A DNA stretch of 64,000 nucleotides from Pseudomonas phage SM1. The position numbers and the translations under genes are program-made. Numbering within the stretch: the first letter of the stretch is position 1; each line of letters opens with the position of its first letter. The notes under the pieces are model-generated. The model was not told the origin of the DNA. It worked only from the letters and a program-made list of their open reading frames with translations, and made no database searches. Where the stretch lies: sequence record NC_041877.1; one strand, 5' to 3'. Positions 18,778 through 26,854 of the stretch are shown in pieces.

Positions 18778-19515
18778 ATGCTGACAAGAAAAGATGACAG
18801 GCCGGTGCATATGCCGGCCAACCCAGCTAAGTTTGAATTCGATGCCGAGGTGGCTGCTATTTTTCCGGACATGGCGTGCCGGTCCATACCGGATTTCCTG
18901 CGGGCTCACGACCTCCATGCGGAGTTATGCAGAGAGTTGTTCGAAGTTGGCCGTAACTCCGTAGCTGACCTGGGCGCCAGTCGCGGCCACTTCCTCGGGG
19001 CATTAAGTAGACGCTACGGTAAAGAGTTCCATGCTTACGCCTGCGACTATTCACTGCCAATGGTTGAGCATCTGCGCAAGGATTTTCCCTGGGCGGATGT
19101 GGAGCTGGTTGATCTGACCGCGCCCACTTTCTTCCATGATCGTCGTACGTATGACGTAGTTAATCTGTCGTACGTATTGCAATTCATCACTCCTGCAATG
19201 CAGCGCAGAGTGCTCGCCAAGGTGGTAGAAATGGTTAGGCCGGGTGGGTTGCTATTTATCGGGTCGAAATACGAGGTGCTTGGACAAGTAGGGGAAATGC
19301 TCCATCGTCAGTACATAGAGTGGAGAATGGAGCGTGGCTACTCTCGTGAGGAGATTGAAGCCAAGACCAAGGCACTAGCCGGAAGTATGTGGCCGCGCAC
19401 GCGTAATGCACTCCTCATCGACTTGAAGGATTTCGGTATGGAGAATATCTCTGATACTACCTACAACATGGTGTTCGGCAATATCGTGTGTCGTAAAGGC
19501 GGAGAACGAGAATGA
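18778..19515 (+). CDS. CmoA-like (carboxy-SAM synthase family) SAM-binding methyltransferase-fold protein
   Basis: N-terminus FDAEVAAIFPDMACRSIPDFL parallels CmoA [20 protein letters not shown]; motif I VADLGASRGHF; motif II-like YDVVNLSYVLQFI. Confidence 0.55.
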   Translation: MLTRKDDRPVHMPANPAKFEFDAEVAAIFPDMACRSIPDFLRAHDLHAELCRELFEVGRNSVADLGASRGHFLGALSRRYGKEFHAYACDYSLPMVEHLRKDFPWADVELVDLTAPTFFHDRRTYDVVNLSYVLQFITPAMQRRVLAKVVEMVRPGGLLFIGSKYEVLGQVGEMLHRQYIEWRMERGYSREEIEAKTKALAGSMWPRTRNALLIDLKDFGMENISDTTYNMVFGNIVCRKGGERE

Positions 19516-20354
19516 CAGATCGGACCGAAGATGGGCGTCGCCCAGTTGCGCGCCGCAATTTGCGCCGGGTGCGGGGTGGGGCACGCTTCGCCTCCAACTC
19601 TGGCAGTAGTAACTTGCGAACTCCACGAGATTTCGATGAGCAGGAGCACGATGACGTAGATGACGCCATTGATCCCCTCGCCGTACATCGCGGTGTAGTA
19701 TCCCGTGCTCGTGCAGATGATGCCGAGCCTGGGACGGATGTCTCTCCGGCTCAGCGGATGTTTGATGTGCAGCGAAATGCCCCAGCCAGTGTTTCACGGG
19801 AATACCGCCTGAATCTAGTTGGCCGGTTGTTGATGCGCAAGATTCCATTGGATCGGATCGCCCAACAACTGAACGTGTCTGTATCGACGGTAGAGAAAGA
19901 TAGGGCGGCCTGGAAAAAGATGCTAGCTGAACGGGCCCGCCAATTCGATGTGAACGAGTACATCGGCATTCAGTCGGAGTTCTACGACGAGGTGAGCGGT
20001 CAGGCAATGCAGATCGCCTCTATGGCAGCGGGTGAGAATGCCGTACCTACGGCCATGCGTTTGGCTGCGATGCGGACTGCGCTGGCTGGCCAAGCCGACA
20101 AGACTCGTACACTACAGTCTGCCGGCGTATTTGAGGCCGCGCGCTTCCGCCGAACTACGGACGGCTCTGCCATGAGCGATGTACAGATGCTTATGGCTCG
20201 GACTATGGAAGCTCTGGAAGACCTGATGCAGGCTGACGAGCCTCCACCTCCGCCGCCGCGCGGTGGGCCCCCGACAACCCGCCGACGTGACGGAAGCGGT
20301 TTCGACGATCTGACGTTGGATGACCCGGAGGAAGGGGAGGTTATGGAGCTATGA
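19512..20354 (+). CDS. putative terminase small subunit (HTH-containing); alternatively a sigma-region-4-like regulator
   Basis: Lies immediately upstream of and overlaps (ATGA) the large terminase; HTH-like LDRIAQQLNVSVSTVEKDRAAWKKM. Confidence 0.35.
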   Translation: MTDRTEDGRRPVARRNLRRVRGGARFASNSGSSNLRTPRDFDEQEHDDVDDAIDPLAVHRGVVSRARADDAEPGTDVSPAQRMFDVQRNAPASVSREYRLNLVGRLLMRKIPLDRIAQQLNVSVSTVEKDRAAWKKMLAERARQFDVNEYIGIQSEFYDEVSGQAMQIASMAAGENAVPTAMRLAAMRTALAGQADKTRTLQSAGVFEAARFRRTTDGSAMSDVQMLMARTMEALEDLMQADEPPPPPPRGGPPTTRRRDGSGFDDLTLDDPEEGEVMEL

Positions 20355-22282
20355 ACGTGAGTCCCATGAAGAAAACACGCCGTGTTCAAGCTTTTCTGCG
20401 CACCATAGAAAGCGTGTCGAAGGATATCGATAATGCGTTTTTTGGCCTGCTCTACCGTACGGCCATGGAGCGCATGGTCGATGGGGAGGCTACGCTGTTC
20501 GAGTTCCTTGGGCAGCTAGAGCATATGCCTGTGAGCATTGAAACCTTCCTCGACAGCGCGGAGTTCTTGGGCGCTACTGACTTGGTGATGTGGCCCGAGG
20601 TTCGAAAGGCAATCGTCGAGGAAAATCAGAACTGGTGGCGAGGCCTCGATACCGCTCCTGGCGCTCTCGGTGGGGCCTTTGATACGGCCTGCCTGATGGG
20701 TTGTACGCGTTCTGGTAAGTCTACCCAGGCCATCGTGGGGTTCATGTACCAGCTTCACATTCTGTTGTGTATGAAGAACCCGCAAGGCTGGTACGGGCTG
20801 CCCTCCGCTACCTCGATTGTCATGGCGATCATGGGCGCCAAACCTCATGTTACCAAGAAAGTGGTTTACGCGCCGATGAAGAAGTATATCGAGCGTATGC
20901 CATGGTTCCAGAAGTATGGAGTACCGGACAAGAATATCGACAGCGAAATGCTGTTCATCGAAAAGAACATTCGTGTTGTGCCGGTAGCGGGTAATGAAGA
21001 CGCGGTTCTCGGTGAAGCCTTGATCGCGTGTTTGATTGACGAGATCAACTTCATGAACGTGGTGCAGAAGTCCAAAAAGGCAGAAGTATCCACGGGGCGC
21101 TCTGGCGTATACGATCAGGCGCAAACGGTCTACGATACCGTGGTACGTCGTCGGCGTGGTACTTTCCCTAAACGGTACCCCCAGATCGGCATCATCTACG
21201 CCAGTTCGTCTACCCGGTACAAAGGTGATTTCACTGATAAGCTGAAGGCGGAGACCGAGAAGTTCAACCATAACAACGTCTACATTTTCAACAAGAAGCA
21301 GTACGAAGTTCAGCCCAAAGAAAACTTCTGCGGAGAGACGTTCCGTCTACTGATCGGCAATGATGTACAGCACGATACTCGTGTTCTAGGGCCGGACGAG
21401 GCGGTGCCGGAGGGGTCCTGGGTAGAGCTGGTGCCTATCGAATATTTGCCGGACTTCCAGCGTAAGCCCTATGACGCCATGCGAGACGTTCTTGGTATAT
21501 CCTCGAACGCGATCAGCCCGTTCATCAAAATGCGCTACCGGGTCTACGAGTGCGTTGAACTCGGCCACGAGAAGCGGTTGGAGTCGTTCCTTGAGAAAGA
21601 TCACGTCATTCTTGGCGTTGACGGTATGCCAAAAGTTCGACATGGGCACGTATGCACCAACCCGAGCAAGCCTCGGTACGTCCATATCGACCTGTCACGT
21701 ACTGGAGACCGCTGCGGTGTAGCGATGGTTCGCTTCGACGGGATGAGTAACTTTGAGCGGGCCGGGGACCAGTCAGAGCGGTTGCCGTTGGCTACGGTGG
21801 AGATGGCACTTTCCATCGAGCCAGATGCGAATAACGAGATTCAGATTGCAGAGGTGCGGTCCTGGGTTCGATCCCTTATTAAAGTGCATGGCTACCCGAT
21901 TAAAGGCGTTTCGTACGACGGCTTTGATAGCCGCGAGTCCATCCAGCAATGGCGTAAGGACCGCATGCCGTCCAAGGAGGTTTCGGTGGATCGTACCAGC
22001 GCGCCGTACAAGCAATTCCGCGATGCACTCTACGACAGGCGTGTAGCCCTTCTCGATGATCCCATCTTGCTGAATGAAATATTGGAGTTGGAGTACGACA
22101 CGCATAAGGACAAGATAGATCACCCGATGATGGGTAGTAAGGACGTATCCGATGCTGTATGCGGCGCGTATTGTAATATGCTGGAACGCCGAAGCACTTG
22201 GGCTGCCGTTCACGAGATCGATGGCGGTGATATGGCCGGCAGGTTCGAAGGCGAACGTTTTGACGATGATCGACGTTTTTAA
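20351..22282 (+). CDS. terminase large subunit
   Basis: 643 aa; Walker A GCTRSGKST; Walker B-like LIACLIDEINFM; C-terminal acidic nuclease-like region. Confidence 0.7.
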   Translation: MNVSPMKKTRRVQAFLRTIESVSKDIDNAFFGLLYRTAMERMVDGEATLFEFLGQLEHMPVSIETFLDSAEFLGATDLVMWPEVRKAIVEENQNWWRGLDTAPGALGGAFDTACLMGCTRSGKSTQAIVGFMYQLHILLCMKNPQGWYGLPSATSIVMAIMGAKPHVTKKVVYAPMKKYIERMPWFQKYGVPDKNIDSEMLFIEKNIRVVPVAGNEDAVLGEALIACLIDEINFMNVVQKSKKAEVSTGRSGVYDQAQTVYDTVVRRRRGTFPKRYPQIGIIYASSSTRYKGDFTDKLKAETEKFNHNNVYIFNKKQYEVQPKENFCGETFRLLIGNDVQHDTRVLGPDEAVPEGSWVELVPIEYLPDFQRKPYDAMRDVLGISSNAISPFIKMRYRVYECVELGHEKRLESFLEKDHVILGVDGMPKVRHGHVCTNPSKPRYVHIDLSRTGDRCGVAMVRFDGMSNFERAGDQSERLPLATVEMALSIEPDANNEIQIAEVRSWVRSLIKVHGYPIKGVSYDGFDSRESIQQWRKDRMPSKEVSVDRTSAPYKQFRDALYDRRVALLDDPILLNEILELEYDTHKDKIDHPMMGSKDVSDAVCGAYCNMLERRSTWAAVHEIDGGDMAGRFEGERFDDDRRF

Positions 22283-22306
22283 TGCAAGCGTTTGCACGGA
22301 GATACT

Positions 22307-22867
22307 ATGACCATTCTTTCCTATACCCGTCTTTGCGAAGTAGTGGACCGGGGCTATCTTAGTGGCCTTGAGGATCGGAGCCAGATAAACGCTGCAAGCA
22401 TAGACGTTCGTCTGGGTTGCACCTTTCTAGTAGAAGACGCACCTTTCGACGAGGACTATTTCACAGAACCTCCTTTGCTGAATGTAGATTTGGCGGCCAG
22501 GGAATCTGTGTGTTTCAGGGAACATAAGGGACGGATCAGGCTGGAGCCAATGGAATTTGTACTGGCCCATACTGTGGAGCAGTTTAACCTCCCGGACTGG
22601 TTATCCTGTGAATTCTCATTGAAGTCCTCCATCGCCAGGAATGGCTTGGAGCACCTCAACGCGTGTTGGGTGGATGCCGGGTTCAGTAGCTCGGTACTCA
22701 CCCTTGAACTGAAGAACATGACCCGTCATCATGCGCTGGTGCTAAGGCCCGGTATGCTGATCGGGCAGCTCAAGTTCTTCGAGCATGAACCGGTGCCGGA
22801 AGAGCAGAGCTATCGCAATCGCGGTCGCTACAACGGTGATGCTTCGGTGAGCACTATCAAACCGTGA
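22307..22867 (+). CDS. dcd: dCTP deaminase family protein (dUTPase superfamily)
   Basis: SIDVRLG, RSSIARNGLEHL...DAGFSSSVLTLELKN, LRPGMLIGQL align along the length of bacterial dCTP deaminase. Confidence 0.75.
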   Translation: MTILSYTRLCEVVDRGYLSGLEDRSQINAASIDVRLGCTFLVEDAPFDEDYFTEPPLLNVDLAARESVCFREHKGRIRLEPMEFVLAHTVEQFNLPDWLSCEFSLKSSIARNGLEHLNACWVDAGFSSSVLTLELKNMTRHHALVLRPGMLIGQLKFFEHEPVPEEQSYRNRGRYNGDASVSTIKP

Positions 22868-22882
22868 GCAAAGGAGTAACAC

Positions 22883-23698
22883 ATGGCTAAAGGTGAACAG
22901 GGCAAAGCTCGAAACGGTAGCCGTAAAAATCGCCGCGATGACGATGTGATGCGGGATGACTTCGAGGCCAGAATGGAGGGGCCCGTAAAGAAGTCTTGGA
23001 CATTGCATGATCTGGTACCGCTGGAGCCGGGTTCGGATAACCAGCGTGCGGCTATCGAGGCCTACTGCCAAGGTGACCATCTCGCCATGCTCGGCTCTGC
23101 CGGGGCGGGCAAGACTACCTTAGCGTGCTATCTGGCAGCAGGGTCTTTAGTGAGGAATGAGGTTGAGAAAATCATCCTTGTTCGTTCTGCCGTAGAGCAG
23201 CGAGAGCAGGGCTTCGTACCCGGTACCCAAGAAGAGAAAGATGCCAAATTCGAAGAGCCGTATGTCTCGGCCTTCGGCCACATCTTTGGCCACCCCACCA
23301 CTTACCAGTGGATGAAGCGGCGTGGATTGATCGAGTTCCGTACGACTGGCAATCTACGGAGTCTGAATTTCGATAATGCGGTAGTCGTGGGTGATGAAGT
23401 GCAGAATCTCAATTTCGAGGAGTTGCATACTTTCATAACCCGTCTAGGCCCTCGTTCTAGGTTGATCATGTGCGGAGACCAAGCGCAGTGCGACCTGAAG
23501 CGGTTCGAGATCAAAGGGCTGCCGATTTTCGAGGAGCTGGCAGGCGACTTGCCAAACCTCACAGTTGTGAAGTTCAGCAGACATGACTGCCTTCGTCATG
23601 GATTTGTCCGCGCATGGCTCGGTGCCGTCGAGGACTGGCACAAGCGTCGGGAGGAAACACGACCCGTAGCCGATATAACCACGAAGGTAGCCGGCTAG
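22883..23698 (+). CDS. PhoH-like P-loop ATPase
   Basis: AAGGAG RBS; Walker A MLGSAGAGKTTLA, Walker B VVVGDEVQNL, and GDQAQCDL (PhoH signature GD.xQ.D). Confidence 0.7.
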   Translation: MAKGEQGKARNGSRKNRRDDDVMRDDFEARMEGPVKKSWTLHDLVPLEPGSDNQRAAIEAYCQGDHLAMLGSAGAGKTTLACYLAAGSLVRNEVEKIILVRSAVEQREQGFVPGTQEEKDAKFEEPYVSAFGHIFGHPTTYQWMKRRGLIEFRTTGNLRSLNFDNAVVVGDEVQNLNFEELHTFITRLGPRSRLIMCGDQAQCDLKRFEIKGLPIFEELAGDLPNLTVVKFSRHDCLRHGFVRAWLGAVEDWHKRREETRPVADITTKVAG

Positions 23699-23750
23699 TA
23701 GACACCAGCCACTATAGCCGTCCTTCGGGGCGGCTTTTTACGGGGAGCGG

Positions 23751-24081
23751 TATGGGATACAAACTGTTCAGCACTTTCCAGGCAACGCCTAGTACGCTGG
23801 GAGAAGTAAAGCCTGTTTTCTATCTTGATTTAGCTGGCCCGTCGCATAAATGTTTATGGCGATTTGAGGGGCAAGTGGCATCCTCTGTTTCTCACGATAG
23901 TAATCTACAGTGTGTTGTCGAGGTTGAGTTCGAAGTAGCAAAACCGATCAGCTATTCGGCCCTTGCTCCGTTGGCTATCTCGGTGATGAGGGACGCGATA
24001 CGTGAGGCGGAAGAGGAGCCGGGAGGGTGGGCTGCTATGAAGTGGAGCGTCTATGCCAAACCGCGACACAGCCATGTGTAG
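23751..24081 (+). CDS. hypothetical protein
   Basis: ATG after GGGGAGCGGT; 110-aa ORF; longer ORF-track version 23614 overlaps the phoH-like 3' end. Confidence 0.4.
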
Positions 24082-24109
24082 TTGACACTACTTTTCAAAA
24101 GAGTATTAT
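24082..24109 (+). promoter_or_regulatory. sigma70-like promoter (TTGACA-16-TATTAT)
   Basis: Consensus -35 TTGACA at 24082-24087, 16-nt spacer, -10 TATTAT at 24104-24109; reads into the ORF-free RNA region. Confidence 0.55.
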
Positions 24110-24122
24110 TGAGGGCGTAGAG

Positions 24123-24168
24123 CGGGCTCGGCGTTATTTTCACTACTTCCGTCGAGCCCGTTTTCTCC
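24123..24168 (+). terminator. terminator-like hairpin downstream of the promoter (possible short RNA or attenuator)
   Basis: CGGGCTCG ...22-nt loop... CGAGCCCG followed by TTTTCTCCCC. Confidence 0.4.
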
Positions 24169-24767
24169 CCATACGTGTGGGTCCTGGGTTCAACCTAGCT
24201 GGGCTGAATCAACCGCCTAGGGCTCACACGTATGGCGAGACCCGGTAGCACCGGGGTGATAAACGCAACACGCTACGAAACGTGAGGCTCCCATCCAATG
24301 GTGACATTGGCTAATATGGGGAGTAGGTGGCAGGGCGGAAAGCACGTTAGCGCTGACGTTAGGCACTCCAATTTTGGAATGCGTAGCACGGCCCTGGGAA
24401 GTAGGCACAATGCGCCCGCGCTCTAGTTGTAGCAACAGAGCGCCCACGCGACTAGGCACGTTTGCGTCAATCCCCTCCGAGCAGGTTAGTAGGAGGGTGA
24501 GGGCCTCTACCTCAAAACTCTGCGGATGCGCGCTGGTCGTTGCGGGGGTCGTCTAGAGGCTCTAAACTGTAGCTAGTCGGGGTAGCGTCCGACCGCCATA
24601 TTTGATCTGTTGTTACGGGGTGGCAGGTTGTTCAGGACCTGATGCTCTATGGCTACGTATCGTAGCCACGGCTGAAACACTGAACCGAGGGGCTGGAAGG
24701 GGCCCCTGCCAAACAAATGCAAGCGTTTGCACTCTACGTAGAACGGATCACGGGAGGCAAAACTTGG

Positions 24768-24839
24768 GGGGTGGTAGCTCAGGGGTAGAGCGAGCGTTTT
24801 CTAAACGCTTGGGCGTGGGTTCGAATCCCACTCACTCCA
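24768..24839 (+). tRNA. tRNA-Arg (anticodon TCT)
   Basis: Manual cloverleaf: acceptor GGGGTGG/TCACTCC, D arm GCTC-AGGGGTA-GAGC, anticodon arm AGCGT-TTTCTAA-ACGCT, T arm GTGGG-TTCGAAT-CCCAC, discriminator A; CCA not encoded. Confidence 0.8.
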
Positions 24840-24907
24840 TCTAGAAGTTTAGATGCCACGGAAGGCGTCTACCTAGAATTGCTGTAATCCCTTCAAAGGG
24901 GAAACGT

Positions 24908-24942
24908 GGCGGACGGGGGTTCGATTCCCCCCAGCTCCACCA
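24908..24942 (+). ncRNA. tmRNA (ssrA) 3'-end-like segment: T arm, acceptor 3' strand and encoded CCA
   Basis: GGCGGACGGGGGTTCGATTCCCCCCAGCTCCACCA closely resembles the 3' end of proteobacterial tmRNA (…GGACGCGGGTTCAACTCCCGCCAGCTCCACCA); no canonical tRNA 5' half could be paired upstream. Confidence 0.4.
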
Positions 24943-25266
24943 AAGACATTCTCGGCCAGCACGTTCGTTCCTAGGTGTGAGAAGGTGGCTGCGATACTGC
25001 CGGGTGGTTGCTAGGAACATCATTCGGAAAGTCCAGCTAGAGAGTGTCTCTGATGGGGCTGTTCAGGATTCGACGCCGCGCGTACTTAGCGAAGGCAGCA
25101 AGGAAAGGCGACGCACCTTGACGCGCGCAAATCGATAAACGCCAACGATACTTCGTTCGACGTTCGCCTCGCAGCCTAAACCCCTGCGGAGTGACGGGTA
25201 GCCTCCGGGCTTCCTCCCCCTGCTACGGCTAGTACCCGTAGTTGCCTTGGAACAGAAAGGGGAGGG

Positions 25267-25342
25267 CCTTCGCGTAGGCGCACTGACGGTCGGCACTCCA
25301 CCGCACGCCTGTCAGGGGGCTGTCAGTGCGCCTACGCGAAGG
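25267..25342. repeat. 21-bp perfect inverted repeat (CCTTCGCGTAGGCGCACTGAC / GTCAGTGCGCCTACGCGAAGG) with a 34-nt loop
   Basis: Exact reverse-complement arms at 25267-25287 and 25322-25342. Confidence 0.85.
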
Positions 25343-25665
25343 TAGCGATAGTGACCTTCGATCACAAGTGGATATTTCTGCTACGCAACGGGCAGTGCCC
25401 GTCACTCTGTCTAACCTTCGGGCGAGACTGGCAAGGCCACCACCGGCATAGCCGGCGCTGGAAACAGAAGGTGGCCAATTTCAGGAATCAGTGAGCTAGA
25501 GCCTGCGGGCCATGACTAGGGGACACACTTCAGTGTGGACGGTAATGCTCGCCGGGCGCCGCGCTAGCCTCTCTCGTCAAGAGGTACACCCCAGGGGGGT
25601 AACGTTGACCACCCCGCCGGCTCTAGCTCAGTGATCCCTACCCACACCAGACAGAGGATCGGAAA

Positions 25666-26493
25666 ATGTCTGATGTACTTGAGCCCTTCTATCGGACGGG
25701 CCGCACCACCCGAGCGCTACACTACGTCGCCATGTGCGCGGTCGAAGGCCAGAAGATTGCCTTTCACTGCCCCAATAAAGAGTCTACTTCGCTTAGCGTC
25801 CAAGCTTTCATGGGGCTTCTCTGCGCCTCATTTGTACGTTACGAGGCCAAACAGCTAGACAAGGGATACCTATTCGGTACCCACGAGATCACGGTGATAG
25901 ACGACGTAGGCCGCTCTCGTGGCTCAGTCGCGTTCTTCACATACCGCAACGGCAGTCTAGGGCCTGACGGTAATCACCGGGAGCTTAGCGAATTCAAGAA
26001 CGTCTTCGATCCGTCCTGCTTCGAGCAGGACCCAAGACTGAGGAAGATTCTCTACGCATACCATGCCTTCGACGATCAGAACGAAACCACGACTCCACGC
26101 AACGTGCGCAACGCTATGTCGGCGCAGAAGGGTCTGCGGGGTAACTCCAGCATCCGCGACGACGGTGCGTATTGGGAGCGCCGTATCGTTCGCAAACTCG
26201 CTGAGGCTGGCGTCAAGGATGTTGTACCGGGCAAGAACAAGGTAGACGACATCGGCTATGGCCATCGTTTCTCCATTCCGTTCAATGCGGCCACATCGCT
26301 ATCGATTCCGGACGAAGCAGCCAAAGGCGAGTACCTCCCCGACTGGCAGGCCTGCCTGGGCATCTCCAACGAGCCGCCGGTACACGAGGCCCTGTCCAAC
26401 TTCTCCGAAGACCAAACCGAGAATAACGCTGTGTGCGTGATTCGGGCTATTGTTACTTCCATCCGGGCCCGAATCTTCAAGGCGTTTCCCTGA
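25666..26493 (+). CDS. hypothetical protein
   Basis: RBS GAGGATCGGAAA then ATG; 275-aa ORF; no recognised motif. Confidence 0.5.
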   Translation: MSDVLEPFYRTGRTTRALHYVAMCAVEGQKIAFHCPNKESTSLSVQAFMGLLCASFVRYEAKQLDKGYLFGTHEITVIDDVGRSRGSVAFFTYRNGSLGPDGNHRELSEFKNVFDPSCFEQDPRLRKILYAYHAFDDQNETTTPRNVRNAMSAQKGLRGNSSIRDDGAYWERRIVRKLAEAGVKDVVPGKNKVDDIGYGHRFSIPFNAATSLSIPDEAAKGEYLPDWQACLGISNEPPVHEALSNFSEDQTENNAVCVIRAIVTSIRARIFKAFP

Positions 26494-26542
26494 GCGATGG
26501 AATGGAAGTACGTACTCTGATTGAGAATGCCAACGACGAGAC

Positions 26543-26854
26543 ATGCCTATGACCGACCACGCAGAGTTGCGGAGGCTTGCTGAACAGGCTAGCTATTTCG
26601 ATATAACTACGGATTGGATGTTCAAGCCAGTTATAGCCTTTCAAAAAGCATCCGACCCCAAGATCGTCCTCGCCCTTCTGGACGAGATCGACAGGCTCAA
26701 GTCAGAAAACGATGCGCTGCGCAAGGATGCTGCGCGATACCGCGCATTGCGGCAGGAGGGTCGTGGAGTTGTAGTTGTACGAGACCGAGTATCTCATTTG
26801 TTCGAAAACAAGCTCGACGCTGCAATTGATGCAATCATAGAAGGAGATAAGTAG
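26543..26854 (+). CDS. hypothetical protein, Ea22/Ead-like coiled-coil N-terminal family
   Basis: PKIVLALLDEIDRLKSENDALRKDAARYRALRQ is typical of lambdoid Ea22-like N-terminal domains. Confidence 0.4.
   Translation: MPMTDHAELRRLAEQASYFDITTDWMFKPVIAFQKASDPKIVLALLDEIDRLKSENDALRKDAARYRALRQEGRGVVVVRDRVSHLFENKLDAAIDAIIEGDK

Noticed and set aside
24602-24844. 80-aa ORF across the tRNA-Arg gene
   Set aside because: It overlaps a perfectly folding tRNA, has no RBS, and lies in the RNA-gene region.
24841-24942. Second canonical tRNA immediately after tRNA-Arg
   Set aside because: T arm, acceptor 3' strand and CCA are present, but no complementary acceptor 5' strand, D arm or anticodon arm could be built within 110 nt. 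It was reinterpreted as a tmRNA 3'-end-like fragment.
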